Below, in pieces: positions 1-9,709 of a DNA stretch of 64,000 nucleotides. Source of the stretch: Deltaproteobacteria bacterium (lineage in GTDB: Bacteria > Desulfobacterota > RBG-13-43-22); assembly GCA_016219225.1 (NCBI GenBank), contig JACRBX010000097.1:1106-65105 (forward strand), in the 5' to 3' direction. The translations under genes were made by a program, and so were the position numbers. The notes under the pieces are model-generated. The model made no database searches and was not told the DNA's origin. It saw only the letters and a list, made by a program, of their open reading frames with translations. Every line of letters begins with the position of its first letter. The stretch's first letter is position 1.

Positions 1-6
1 TTCAGC

Positions 7-22
7 ATGATCTAGATCATAG
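7..22. promoter_or_regulatory. Palindromic operator-like site (ATGATCTAGATCAT AG) upstream of the ABC importer operon
   Basis: Bases 7-20 are a perfect 14-bp palindrome. The 16-mer ATGATCTAGATCATAG matches 14 of 16 positions of a second palindrome at 9715-9730. It lies about 120 nt upstream of the start codon at 144. Confidence 0.4.
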
Positions 23-47
23 ACCCAAACAGGGGAATACCCTTATT

Positions 48-110
48 GTGCGTTCGGAGTTCGGAGTTCGGAGTTTAAAAAGGCCATTTTTATATTTCGT
101 GGACCCCCTG
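48..110 (-). repeat. Heptamer-array element: (GTTCGGA)x3 at 52-72, plus the reverse-complement core at 86-109
   Basis: Tandem GTTCGGA is read directly. The reverse complement of 86-109 is GGGGGTCCACGAAATATAAAAAT, which matches the core GGGGaCNCCACGAAGCATGAAAAT seen at 12547, 13832, 46507 and 54149. Confidence 0.75.
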
Positions 111-143
111 GAGTCTGGGGTTCAGCAGGAGAAGGAGGTCGTC

Positions 144-1364
144 ATGTGGGAAAAAAGTCTTAGAATTATGTTGCTGGTTTCATTGATGCTGGTCCCTCTG
201 GGGACCCCGGTTCACGGGGCGGAACCTCCCATTAAGATCGGGATCATCCAAGGGTTCTCCGGGGCTTTGGAGGCCTATGCCAAACAGATGCTGACCGGCT
301 TTAAAATGGGCCTGGAATATGCCACCAAAGGGAAAAACGAGGTCCTGGGCCGAAAGATTGAGCTGATTGTCGAAGACGACCAATTGAAGCCCGATGTGGC
401 CAAGAGGCTTATCACCAAATTATATGCGGACAATAAGGTGGATCTGGTCATCGGGACGACCAGCAGCGCCGCTGCTTTAGCCATGCTCCCGGTGGCCCTG
501 GAGTTTAAAAAAATCCTGTTGATCGAACCGGCTGTGGCCGATTCGATCACCGGCAGTGCCTGGAATCGCTATGTCTTCCGGACCGGCAGAAACTCCGGGC
601 AGGATGCCATTGCCAATGCCAAGGCCGTGGCCAAACCCGGGGTCTATCTGGCCGGCATCGCCCAGGATTATGCCTTTGGGAGGGACGGCGTTTCGGCTTA
701 TAAGGCTGCGGCCGAGAAATTGGGGGCCAGGGTGATCCATGAAGAATATTGCCCCATGGCCCAAAGCGACCACACTTCCTCGGTCCAGAGAATAATCGAT
801 GCCTTAAAGGATAAGCCCGGCGAAAAATATATTTTTTCTTACTGGGCGGGAAAGCATACCCCCATCGAACAATTGGGCGGCATGAAGGTGGAAAAATATG
901 GAATCAAGATCACGACCGGGGCCAACATCCTTCCGGTCTTAAAGACCTACCTTCCCCTGCTCAAGGCCTATGAAAGTCTAAGGGGGATAACCGGAGGGGC
1001 CTATTACTATTACGAGATCCCTAAAAATCCGGTGAATAATTGGCTGGTCAAGGAGCATCTTGCCCGATTCAAGGAGCCGCCGGACTTTTTCACCTGTGGA
1101 GGATTCGCAGCCGCCACGGCGGTGGTGACGGCCCTGGAAAAAGCCAAATCAACCCAGACGGAAAAATTGATATCAACCATGGAAGGGATGGAGTTCCAGA
1201 CCCCCAAAGGGAAAATGATTTTCCGAAAGGAAGACCATCAGGCCCTGCAATCCATGTACATCTTTCGATTCGAAGCCAAGGCGGATAGAGAATGGGCTGT
1301 GCCGGTTCTGGTCAGGGAGATTTCTCCGGAAGAAGGCGCACCACCCATCCAGGTCAAAAAATAG
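144..1364 (+). CDS. ABC transporter substrate-binding protein (Leu/Ile/Val-binding, type 1 periplasmic binding fold)
   Basis: This is ORF 48-1364, trimmed to ATG 144, which follows GAAGGAGG at 131-138. A signal-peptide-like N-terminus is present (MWEKSLRIMLLVSLMLVPLGTPVHG). The family resemblance is in IKIGIIQGFSGALEAY...DDQLKPDVA. The upstream part of the ORF only translates the heptamer repeat. Confidence 0.85.
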   Translation: MWEKSLRIMLLVSLMLVPLGTPVHGAEPPIKIGIIQGFSGALEAYAKQMLTGFKMGLEYATKGKNEVLGRKIELIVEDDQLKPDVAKRLITKLYADNKVDLVIGTTSSAAALAMLPVALEFKKILLIEPAVADSITGSAWNRYVFRTGRNSGQDAIANAKAVAKPGVYLAGIAQDYAFGRDGVSAYKAAAEKLGARVIHEEYCPMAQSDHTSSVQRIIDALKDKPGEKYIFSYWAGKHTPIEQLGGMKVEKYGIKITTGANILPVLKTYLPLLKAYESLRGITGGAYYYYEIPKNPVNNWLVKEHLARFKEPPDFFTCGGFAAATAVVTALEKAKSTQTEKLISTMEGMEFQTPKGKMIFRKEDHQALQSMYIFRFEAKADREWAVPVLVREISPEEGAPPIQVKK

Positions 1365-1367
1365 CCC

Positions 1368-2135
1368 ATGCGCCAAACTTCGATTATAGAAACGGTAGAT
1401 CTCACCATCCGGTTCGGCGGACATGTGGCGGTGAACCAGGTCACCCTGAAAATCCCTCCGCAGACCTTCAAATCCATTATCGGGCCGAATGGAGCGGGGA
1501 AGACCACTTTTTTTAACATCATTTCCGGTCAATATCCTCCCAGTGGAGGGAAGGTTTTTTTCAAGGGCCGCGATATCACCCAGCTCTCTCCCGCGGTCCG
1601 GACCCAGTTGGGTATCGGAAGGTCTTTCCAGCTTACCAATTTGTTTTTATCCCTGACGGTCCTGGAAAACGTCCGGTTGGCCGTTCAATCCCAAAGGAAC
1701 CTTGGGTTCAATTTTTGGAAAAATTATCTCCATTTTTCCGAATGTGAAGACCGGGCCTATCACCTTCTGGAAATGGTTTTATTGGACAAAAAATGGAATG
1801 TTCCGGCCAGCAGCCTGACCCACGGTGAACAACGGAAACTGGAAATCGCCGTACTACTGGCCCTGGAGCCGGAAGTACTCCTCTTGGATGAACCTACGGC
1901 CGGTATGTCCCTGGAAGAAGTCCCTTCCATTTTGGAACTCCTCATGGAGATCAAGGAAAAACGGGATAAAACGATTCTTCTGGTGGAGCACAAACTGGAT
2001 GTCTTGATGGCCCTCTCCGATTCCATTGCCGTCCTCCATGAAGGCAGGCTCATTGCCGATGACCGGCCTGAGGTCATCAGTCAAAACCGAATCGTCCAGG
2101 AAGCCTATTTTGGAGGAGGCCCAGCCAGTGCCTGA
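1368..2135 (+). CDS. ABC transporter ATP-binding protein (LivG-like)
   Basis: Walker A GPNGAGKTT, signature HGEQRKLEIA and Walker B LLLDEPTAGM. It sits within the operon of binding-protein and permease genes. Confidence 0.9.
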   Translation: MRQTSIIETVDLTIRFGGHVAVNQVTLKIPPQTFKSIIGPNGAGKTTFFNIISGQYPPSGGKVFFKGRDITQLSPAVRTQLGIGRSFQLTNLFLSLTVLENVRLAVQSQRNLGFNFWKNYLHFSECEDRAYHLLEMVLLDKKWNVPASSLTHGEQRKLEIAVLLALEPEVLLLDEPTAGMSLEEVPSILELLMEIKEKRDKTILLVEHKLDVLMALSDSIAVLHEGRLIADDRPEVISQNRIVQEAYFGGGPASA

Positions 2136-2847
2136 ACCCATCCTTAGGATGGAGGGGATTCACACCTTCATTGGAAAACATCATGTCTTGCAGGGTGTCT
2201 CCCTGGAGATTTATCCGGGGAATATAACGGTGCTTTTGGGAAGAAACGGGGCCGGCAAGAGTACGACCCTGCGGACCATTATGGGGTTGGTTCCTCCCAC
2301 TCAAGGGACCATTCATTTTAAGAATCAACCGATTGATCATCTGAAGCCTTTTCAAGTCGCCCGGCTGGGAATAGGGTTTGTTCCCGAAGATCGCGGCCTT
2401 TTCGATCATCTGACGGTGGAAGAGAACTTCCGGGTGGCCATGCTTGGGGAAGATGAAACCTCCTGGCAGAGACTGGAGTCCATCCTGGAAATCTTCCCGG
2501 ATCTCAAAAAATTCTGGAGGGCCAAGGCCGGAGTTTTGAGCGGCGGACAAAAGCAAATGCTGGCTATTGCCCGCCCCCTGGTCAACCCCAATGCCCTGTT
2601 ATTGATCGATGAACCCTCCAAAGGATTAGCCCCGATCATCATCGAACACCTGATCGAAGCCATCCATAAACTTAAAGAAAAAGCGGTCATTATCCTGGTG
2701 GAACAGAATTTTTATATGGCCAGCCGCTTAGGGAATGCCTTCTGTCTGTTTGACGACGGGAAGACTGTCCTTAAAGGTCCCATGGAGGAAATCATCCGGG
2801 ATGAAGATCTGAAAAAGAAATATTTGGGGATTTCAAAGACTTCTTAG
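2128..2847 (+). CDS. ABC transporter ATP-binding protein (LivF-like)
   Basis: Walker A GRNGAGKST, signature LSGGQKQMLAIA and Walker B LLIDEPSKGL. I chose the GTG start at 2128 because it follows GGAGGAGG and overlaps the upstream stop (GTGCCTGA). ATG 2149 is an alternative start. Confidence 0.85.
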   Translation: MPEPILRMEGIHTFIGKHHVLQGVSLEIYPGNITVLLGRNGAGKSTTLRTIMGLVPPTQGTIHFKNQPIDHLKPFQVARLGIGFVPEDRGLFDHLTVEENFRVAMLGEDETSWQRLESILEIFPDLKKFWRAKAGVLSGGQKQMLAIARPLVNPNALLLIDEPSKGLAPIIIEHLIEAIHKLKEKAVIILVEQNFYMASRLGNAFCLFDDGKTVLKGPMEEIIRDEDLKKKYLGISKTS

Positions 2848-2861
2848 AAAGAGAGTATGGC

Positions 2862-3848
2862 ATGACCTCTGCTGGCAGACCATGGATTCCAAGGCTTATC
2901 GGGCCGGCCCTGATCCTTCTTCCCCTTTTGTTCATCCAACCCAAGACCTATCTGACTTTGACTATCTCCGGATTGGCCATGGGGATGCTCCTCTTCCTGG
3001 TGGCTTCGGGCTTCTCTTTGATCTTCGGTTTTATGGATGTCCTGAATTTTGCCCACGGGGCCTTTTTCGCCTGGGGGGCCTATGTAGGTTATACGGCCAT
3101 GCTCTGGATCAACAAATGGTCGGGGTGGGCCACTTCGGATTCCTTCTTCTTGAATATGATCATCTTTCTTCTGGCCTTGATGGCAGCCGGATTAAGCGTG
3201 GCTGTCCTGGGGATTATTATTGAGAGACTGGTGATTCGTCGCGTCTATGGAAACCATCTGTTTCAAATTTTTATCACCGTCGGGACCATGATCGTCCTGG
3301 AGGAATTGATTCGCATCACCTGGGGGCCGGACGATGAGGTCATGTCCGTACCCCAGAGCTTCATCGGATCCTGGGATCTTTTCGATGTGGTCATCTCAAA
3401 ATACCCCATGATCGCCATTGTCATCGGACTATTGATTTACGGGGCCATGCACCTGATCCTGAAAAAAACAAAACTAGGGATGATTGTCCGGGCCGGGGTG
3501 GAAAAACCGGAGATGGTTCAGGCTATGGGGCATAATATTTACCGGTATTTTACCGGCGTATTTGCTGCCGGATCGGCCCTGGCCGCCATTGGCGGCGGCA
3601 TGTGGGCCACTTTCGTCAAATCCATTCACCCGGCCATGGGGGGAGAAGTGATCATTTTCGCCCTGGTCATCGCCATCATTGGGGGCCTGGGCAGTATGAC
3701 CGGTTCGGTGGTCGGCGCTTTGATTGTCGGGCTTTCGTACAATTACGTAGCTTACCTGATCCCTAAAGGGTCTTTAGGCATTACCATGATCCTTTTAATC
3801 GTTGTTTTATTGATCAAGCCGACCGGGTTATTTTCGGAGGGAACCTGA
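2862..3848 (+). CDS. Branched-chain amino acid-type ABC permease (LivH-like)
   Basis: Polytopic hydrophobic protein whose motifs (FGFMDVLNFAHGAFF, GGLGSMTGSVVGA) are typical of the LivH family. Confidence 0.85.
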   Translation: MTSAGRPWIPRLIGPALILLPLLFIQPKTYLTLTISGLAMGMLLFLVASGFSLIFGFMDVLNFAHGAFFAWGAYVGYTAMLWINKWSGWATSDSFFLNMIIFLLALMAAGLSVAVLGIIIERLVIRRVYGNHLFQIFITVGTMIVLEELIRITWGPDDEVMSVPQSFIGSWDLFDVVISKYPMIAIVIGLLIYGAMHLILKKTKLGMIVRAGVEKPEMVQAMGHNIYRYFTGVFAAGSALAAIGGGMWATFVKSIHPAMGGEVIIFALVIAIIGGLGSMTGSVVGALIVGLSYNYVAYLIPKGSLGITMILLIVVLLIKPTGLFSEGT

Positions 3849-3849
3849 T

Positions 3850-4953
3850 TTGGAAAAAATCCATTTGACGCCTGTTCAGGAATACCGTTTGCGCGAAAGG
3901 GCCGAAAGGACCAGCGGGTCCGTCTTTTATCTTAAACTCTTTCTGTTGGCCTTTTTTTTGTCCGTACCTTTCCTGTTTCACTCTTTTGAGATACTGGATG
4001 TGATCCTCAAGATCATTGTCTTTTCGGCCCTGGTCGCCAGTTATGATATACTCATCGGATATACCGGAATCGCCTCGCTGGGCCATACTCTATACTTTGG
4101 AATCGGGGCCTATCTGGTAGGCATCTTCATGGGGAAGTTCGGTTTGAGTTCCTATGGCCATCTGGCTCTGGCCGTCTTGATCGGTGTAGTGTTATCAGGG
4201 GTTCTATCCGTATTTATCGGGTTTTTTTCCCTCCGTATACGGACTATTTTCTTTGCCATGGTTACCCTGGCCTTTTTGGAGTTTGTCTTTATCCTCTCCA
4301 GCCAGTTACGGTTCCTGACCGGCGGGGATGACGGCCTCAGCTTTAAGCTTCCCGGCATCCTGGCCATCGATTACAGCCTGGGCCGGTTTTTAGGCCTGGA
4401 GGTTACGGGCCGCATCATAAGCTATTACCTGATCCTCCTGGTTGCCCTGATCCTCTTTCTTTTGATGCTCCGTTTTGTCCATTCCCCCTTCGGCCGGGTA
4501 CTTAAGTCCATTCGGGACAATGAACAACGCTCCATTGCTTTAGGCTATAAGACCTACCTTTTTCATATCATGGCTTCTTCTTTTGCCAGTTGTGTCGCTT
4601 CGGTTGCGGGGGGGTGTTTTGCCATCTGGGTCGGGTTCGTCAGCCCCGAATCCACCCTGGGGGTCCCTATTATGCTGGATGTGCTCCTCATGGTCATTGT
4701 CGGGGGTATGGGGACACTCTATGGAGGAATTTTCGGAGCCTCCTTTTTAATGGTTATGCGGGCTTTTCTGCCAAAGGTCCAGGGACTCGTTGCGGCTCTG
4801 CTGCCCGGTGTTCCTTTAGCCGTCCGGTTATCGGAGCGCTGGCTTTTTTATTTCGGACTGCTTTTCATCCTGATCGTCTATTTCTTTCCCAAAGGATTAG
4901 TCGGGACGGCCCAGGAGTTCGTTCATAAAAAAAGGAACGAGGAAATTGGGTAG
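3850..4953 (+). CDS. Branched-chain amino acid-type ABC permease (LivM-like)
   Basis: Polytopic protein with LivM-like motifs (GYTGIASLGHTLYFGIGAY, VGGMGTLYGGIFGA). The TTG start lies 1 nt after the LivH-like stop. Confidence 0.8.
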   Translation: MEKIHLTPVQEYRLRERAERTSGSVFYLKLFLLAFFLSVPFLFHSFEILDVILKIIVFSALVASYDILIGYTGIASLGHTLYFGIGAYLVGIFMGKFGLSSYGHLALAVLIGVVLSGVLSVFIGFFSLRIRTIFFAMVTLAFLEFVFILSSQLRFLTGGDDGLSFKLPGILAIDYSLGRFLGLEVTGRIISYYLILLVALILFLLMLRFVHSPFGRVLKSIRDNEQRSIALGYKTYLFHIMASSFASCVASVAGGCFAIWVGFVSPESTLGVPIMLDVLLMVIVGGMGTLYGGIFGASFLMVMRAFLPKVQGLVAALLPGVPLAVRLSERWLFYFGLLFILIVYFFPKGLVGTAQEFVHKKRNEEIG

Positions 4954-4960
4954 CCCCCAA

Positions 4961-5800
4961 ATGGCCAAGGCCAGGGGGGATGGCCTTCAGATCCAGACGG
5001 CCCTTTGGAAGGGGAAAGGGAAAACCATTCTATGCCTTCATGGTCTTACGGCCAATTGCCGTTGCTGGGACCATCTGGCCTCCAGTTTAACCCCCCGCCA
5101 TCAGATCATCGCCGTGGATCTCCGGGGCCGGGGGCTTTCGGACAAACCTTCCACCGGATACGCTTTGAATCATCATGTTGCCGATATGGTGGCCTTGCTG
5201 GATGATTTAAGGCTGGAATGCCCGGTGATCGCAGGACACTCCCTGGGTGCCTTCATCGCCCTGGCCCTGGCCGCTATCTATCCCCAAAGGGTTGAACGGC
5301 TGATCCTACTGGACGGCGGCGGAAAACTCTCTGAAGCACAAAGGGCCAAGGTCTTTAATGGGATCAAGCCCTCCCTGGATCGTCTGGGAAAGGTTTTCCC
5401 CGATTGGGAATCCTACCTTTCTTCTTTAAAACAAATCCCCTTTTTTCAGCCCTGGAATCCTGATCTTAACACCTATGCCCGGTATGAAGTCGAGGAGGTG
5501 GCCGGAGGCATCAGTCCGCGGATCAAAGGGGAACACATCATGGAAGAACTGTACAACATAAGAACCATCGACCCTTCTCAATTTTATCCCAAGCTGTCAT
5601 CGCCGGTTCTGATTTTGCGGGCCACCCAGGGGATGGTGACAGAAGACGACCTGGTGCTGCCTGATGAAATATTAGAACCCATGGTCCGGACCATACCAAA
5701 CGTTCGCTGTCTGGATCTGGCAGGGACCAACCACTATTCCATCCTGTTTCAACCCAACCCGATACGGGACCGGGCCATTCTGGAATTTCTGGAGTCCTGA
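4961..5800 (+). CDS. Alpha/beta-fold hydrolase
   Basis: HGLTAN oxyanion region, GHSLGA nucleophile elbow and a C-terminal NHY motif. I chose ATG 4961; an in-frame TTG at 4946 is an alternative start. Confidence 0.8.
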   Translation: MAKARGDGLQIQTALWKGKGKTILCLHGLTANCRCWDHLASSLTPRHQIIAVDLRGRGLSDKPSTGYALNHHVADMVALLDDLRLECPVIAGHSLGAFIALALAAIYPQRVERLILLDGGGKLSEAQRAKVFNGIKPSLDRLGKVFPDWESYLSSLKQIPFFQPWNPDLNTYARYEVEEVAGGISPRIKGEHIMEELYNIRTIDPSQFYPKLSSPVLILRATQGMVTEDDLVLPDEILEPMVRTIPNVRCLDLAGTNHYSILFQPNPIRDRAILEFLES

Positions 5801-5906
5801 TATTTCTGAAAAAATCTAACCAAAGATATTCGGGGATATTTTAAATTTCGGACTTCGGAGAAATTAATAGACATGTTGCCTGAAAATGAAGGGAGGCAGA
5901 TCCGGC

Positions 5907-5935
5907 TTGACATCAAAGATATAGTCATCTATTAT
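5907..5935 (+). promoter_or_regulatory. Sigma-70-type promoter for the vapBC-like module
   Basis: TTGACA (5907-5912), a 17-nt spacer, then TATTAT (5930-5935), about 20 nt upstream of the antitoxin ATG at 5956. Confidence 0.55.
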
Positions 5936-5955
5936 GACCAACATGGGGGGATGGC

Positions 5956-6183
5956 ATGAAACAGTATAATATTGCAGAAGCAAAATCCCATTTTTCCGAA
6001 CTCGTAAAGCTGGCCTTGCTGGGGGAAGAGATTGTAATCGCACGGGACAACAAACCGATCATAAGGCTTTCACCGGTAACGGGGGTAAAAAAGGCGCGAA
6101 AGCCCGGTTCAGCCAAAGGGCAGATCCTGTCTATCTCCCCGGACTTTGATGACGTGCCTGCGGATTTCAAGGAATATATCTGA
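5956..6183 (+). CDS. vapB: Type II antitoxin, Phd/YefM-like (partner of the PIN toxin)
   Basis: The N-terminus MKQYNIAEAKSHFSELV...IVIARDNKPI is characteristic of this family. It is small and overlaps the downstream PIN gene by 1 nt. Confidence 0.8.
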   Translation: MKQYNIAEAKSHFSELVKLALLGEEIVIARDNKPIIRLSPVTGVKKARKPGSAKGQILSISPDFDDVPADFKEYI

Positions 6184-6572
6184 TGGCTCGACTTCTCCTG
6201 GATACGCATGTATTCCTCTGGTGGGTTAACGACTCTCCCGAACTGACGTCGGCAGCCCGTCTGGCGATTGCCGATTCGGACAACGCCTGCTTTCTCAGCC
6301 TGGCCAGTTGCTGGGAGATGGCCATAAAATCGAGTCTCGGTAAGCTTCGCCTGGCAAAACCTGTTGAGAGATTTGTGACGGAACAACTGGCGGCAAACGG
6401 CTTTAGACTGTTGAACATCGAGCTGAGACATGCGGCAAAGGTGGAGAAGCTGCCCTTTAACCATCGCGATCCCTTTGATCGTCTGTTGATCGCACAAGCG
6501 ATGACGGATAAGCTGACGATTGTATCGGCCGACAATGTCTTTGCCGACTACACGGTGAAGCTTCTCTGGTGA
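6183..6572 (+). CDS. vapC: Type II toxin, PIN-domain ribonuclease (VapC family)
   Basis: LLLDTHVFLWW N-terminus with acidic residues in a PIN-like arrangement (D at position 7, and DPFDRLLIAQA near the C-terminus). It is coupled to the antitoxin gene. Confidence 0.85.
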   Translation: MARLLLDTHVFLWWVNDSPELTSAARLAIADSDNACFLSLASCWEMAIKSSLGKLRLAKPVERFVTEQLAANGFRLLNIELRHAAKVEKLPFNHRDPFDRLLIAQAMTDKLTIVSADNVFADYTVKLLW

Positions 6573-6590
6573 GAAGGTAGAAGCCGGCAA

Positions 6591-8093
6591 TTATTCCTGA
6601 AAAGCCTCCTCCCTTTTTTTCCGTATAGCCGGAAAGATCACCAGGAAAAGCAGCAGGGCCGAAAGGGTAAGTAAAACGGCGCTTATGGGCCGGGTCAGGA
6701 AAACCATCGGATCGCCTCGCGAGATCAGCATGGCCCGCCGCAAATTTTCCTCCATAAGCGGACCCAAAATAAAGCCGAGTAAAAAGGGCGCCCCCTCGCA
6801 GCCGGTCTTGGCAAAGACATATCCGAGAAACCCGAAAATGACCATGATCACCACTTCAGCGGTGCTGTTGTTGAGGGTGTAGACCCCGATGCAGCAAAAA
6901 ACCAGGATGGCCGGGAAAAGATAGCGGTAAGGCACCTTGAGCAGGCTTACCCAAAGCCCGATCAAGGGGAGATTAATGACGACCAGCATCAGATTTCCGA
7001 TCCACATGCTGGCCACCATCCCCCAAAACAACTCCGGCCGTTCCTGCATAACACCGGGGCCGGGGGCTATGCCCTGGATGATCATGGCCCCCATCATCAA
7101 GGCCATGACCGCATTGGAGGGCAGGCCGAGGGTCAGCAGGGGGATAAAGGAGGTCTGGGAGGCCGCATTGTTGGCTGATTCCGGCCCGGCCACCCCTTCG
7201 ATGGCGCCCTGACCGAACCGGAAGGGCTTTTTGGATAAACGTTTCTCCAGGGTATAAGAGGCGAAGGAACTGAGCACGGCCCCTCCCCCCGGCAAGACCC
7301 CGAGGATGGAACCCAGAAAGGTCCCTCGAACCACCGGCGCCCAGGATTCCTTAAAGTCCTTCCTGGACGGCCAGAGGCCACGAATCTTGGATGATACAAC
7401 CCTGCGGTCCTGTCCTTTTTCCAGGTTCAAAATGATTTCAGCCAGGCCGAAGACCCCCATGGCAATAGGTACAAAGCCGAGACCGTCGGTCAATTCAGGA
7501 ATGCCGAAGGTATAACGGGATACGCCGCTATTCAGATCCATGCCGATCAAACCCAGAAACAAACCGAAAAGAATCATGGCCACGGCCTTGATGACCGACC
7601 CATGGGCCAACACAATGGCCGATATGAGTCCCAACACCATGAGAGAAAAATATTCTGGGGAGGAAAATTTCTGGGAAAAGCTGGCCAGGGCCGGGCCGAA
7701 GAGGGCGATCAATAGGGTCGCCACCGACCCGGCAAAAAACGACCCCAAAGCGGCAATGGCCAGGGCCGCACCGGCCCGCCCCTGTTGGGCCATTCGATGG
7801 CCGTCGATGCAGGTCACCACGGAAGAGGCCTCTCCGGGCAGGTTGACGAGAATGGAGGTGGTGGAGCCTCCGTACTGGGCACCATAGTAGATGCCGGCCA
7901 GCATGATCAGGGCCGAAAGGGGGGTCAAACCGAAGGTGATGGGCAGCAACATGGCAATGGTAGCCACCGGCCCGAGACCGGGGAGCACGCCGATTAAGGT
8001 GCCGATCAGGGCACCAACCAGACAGAACAGCAGATTGGCCGGGACCAGTACCGCAGAGAATCCAAGGAGAAGGGAGTCAAAGATTTGTGTCAT
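6591..8093 (-). CDS. tctA: Tripartite tricarboxylate transporter large permease TctA
   Basis: Strong TctA family resemblance (GVLPGLGP, YGAQYGGSTTSILVN, ESANNAA). The start was moved to ATG 8093, which overlaps the tctB stop (ATGA). The ORF-track extension 8094-8321 overlaps tctB. Confidence 0.9.
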   Translation of the reverse strand: MTQIFDSLLLGFSAVLVPANLLFCLVGALIGTLIGVLPGLGPVATIAMLLPITFGLTPLSALIMLAGIYYGAQYGGSTTSILVNLPGEASSVVTCIDGHRMAQQGRAGAALAIAALGSFFAGSVATLLIALFGPALASFSQKFSSPEYFSLMVLGLISAIVLAHGSVIKAVAMILFGLFLGLIGMDLNSGVSRYTFGIPELTDGLGFVPIAMGVFGLAEIILNLEKGQDRRVVSSKIRGLWPSRKDFKESWAPVVRGTFLGSILGVLPGGGAVLSSFASYTLEKRLSKKPFRFGQGAIEGVAGPESANNAASQTSFIPLLTLGLPSNAVMALMMGAMIIQGIAPGPGVMQERPELFWGMVASMWIGNLMLVVINLPLIGLWVSLLKVPYRYLFPAILVFCCIGVYTLNNSTAEVVIMVIFGFLGYVFAKTGCEGAPFLLGFILGPLMEENLRRAMLISRGDPMVFLTRPISAVLLTLSALLLFLVIFPAIRKKREEAFQE

Positions 8094-8536
8094 GACGGCC
8101 ACACCTGCAAGGGTAAACCAAGCAGATAGATAAACAACAAAACAGACAGTCCGGCCATAAAGGTGCTCAAAAACAGGGTTTGATGCCAGCGGATTTCGTG
8201 GGTGCCAAAAGAGGAAAGGATAGTCACCAATATAATCGACAGAACCAGACCTCCCCGGGAAATCAAAAAAGCAAAGGCCAGAATGCCACCGAAAATGGAG
8301 GCCATGGGCCTCCATTTCCACCGCTCAAGGGTACTCTCGCCGAACCGGATGGATTTGAGACTGATTATCAGTCCGATAAAAACCATGGAATAGGACAGGA
8401 GTCTGGGTAAAAAACCCGGCCCCATGCGCGTGATGGTGCCGACAGTTAATGTCCATCCCAACAAAATCCCAAGGACACCAATAATAACGAAAATCAAACC
8501 GGCCAGAAAATCCTGCTTGTTTTTAAGGATAACCAT
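8090..8536 (-). CDS. tctB: Tripartite tricarboxylate transporter small membrane subunit TctB
   Basis: 148-aa protein with four hydrophobic segments. It lies between tctC and tctA with a 4-nt overlap. Confidence 0.75.
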   Translation of the reverse strand: MVILKNKQDFLAGLIFVIIGVLGILLGWTLTVGTITRMGPGFLPRLLSYSMVFIGLIISLKSIRFGESTLERWKWRPMASIFGGILAFAFLISRGGLVLSIILVTILSSFGTHEIRWHQTLFLSTFMAGLSVLLFIYLLGLPLQVWPS

Positions 8537-8619
8537 CTGGTCCTCCCCTATTTATGCAAATAAGAACCAGGAGTCAAGGTGTTTTATGTTGAATTCTGAC
8601 TTCTGAATTCTACGTATTG

Positions 8620-9594
8620 TTATTCCGCTTTGATCCCGGCGGCCTGGATCACCTTGGACCATTTATCCATTTCGGATTTCAAAAAGGCGCCGTATTCCTC
8701 CGGTGCGTTTCCGACTACTACAAATCCCTGTTTAGTGAGTTTTTGCTTGATTTCCGGTGTCCGTAAGACCTTAAGAAATTCGGCGTTCAATCTGGCCACC
8801 AGTTCCCGCGGAGTAGAGGCCGGCGCCAGGATCCCGAACCAGGCCGATGATTCAAAACCGGGAACGGTTTCGGCCAGGGCCGGCAAATCCGGCGCAATCT
8901 CCATCCGTTTGGCACTGGTAACCCCCAGGGCACGAACTTTCCCCGCCTTGATGTGCGGCTGAAGCGGCAGCAGGCTGTCGAACAGCATCTGGATCTGTCC
9001 GGTGATCAGATCAGCGGCCGCAGCCGCTCCACCTTTGTAAGGGATATGAACGATGTCGATTCCCGCTTTCATCTTAAGTAATTCCCCACCCAGATGCGAT
9101 GCACCTCCGATGGCCGCTGAGCCGTAGTTCAGTTTACCCGGGTGGGCCTTGGCATAGGCCAGAAATTCCGGAATGGTTTTCACCGGAACACTCGGATGGA
9201 CCACCAGGACCAATGGGGTGAGGCCCAGCAAGGTAACCGGGGCAAAGTCCTTAAGGCTGTCATAGGTTAATTTTTTATACAGGTAGGGGTTGATGGCGTG
9301 ACTGGTGTAATTCATCAGAACCGTATAGCCATCGGGCCCAGCCTTGGCCACTAATTGGGAGGCAATCATCCCTCCGGCACCGGGTCGGTTGTCGATGATG
9401 ATCTGTTGGCCAAGATTTTCATTCAATTTGTGGGCAATAATTCGCATGGAAATATCTGCGGTCCCCCCCGGTGGCGCCGGAACGATTATGGTGATTGGTT
9501 TGGCAGGGAATTTGGGAGATTCACCATAAAGGAGTCCCGAAAGGGAAAAGAGGGCAATAACACCGGCGATGATCATCCTGAATGTTCTTTTCAT
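8620..9594 (-). CDS. tctC: Tripartite tricarboxylate transporter substrate-binding protein TctC (Bug family)
   Basis: Signal peptide plus the PITIIVPAPPGGTADI and DNRPGAGG motifs. The start was trimmed to ATG 9594, which is preceded by AAAGGAGA. Confidence 0.85.
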   Translation of the reverse strand: MKRTFRMIIAGVIALFSLSGLLYGESPKFPAKPITIIVPAPPGGTADISMRIIAHKLNENLGQQIIIDNRPGAGGMIASQLVAKAGPDGYTVLMNYTSHAINPYLYKKLTYDSLKDFAPVTLLGLTPLVLVVHPSVPVKTIPEFLAYAKAHPGKLNYGSAAIGGASHLGGELLKMKAGIDIVHIPYKGGAAAAADLITGQIQMLFDSLLPLQPHIKAGKVRALGVTSAKRMEIAPDLPALAETVPGFESSAWFGILAPASTPRELVARLNAEFLKVLRTPEIKQKLTKQGFVVVGNAPEEYGAFLKSEMDKWSKVIQAAGIKAE

Positions 9595-9709
9595 AGGCCT
9601 TCTCCTTTTTTTAACGACTCCGTATGAACGAGTCAAAATAATTAACGGTCCCATAAGAAAAAAAATTCGTCGAAGATTGGTTCCTATTTTATCCTCTCCT
9701 TTAATTAAA

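Noticed and set aside
48-143. N-terminal extension of the first ORF (MRSEFGVRSLK...).
   Set aside because: It is simply the translated GTTCGGA heptamer array and repeat core. A good RBS and a signal peptide start at 144.
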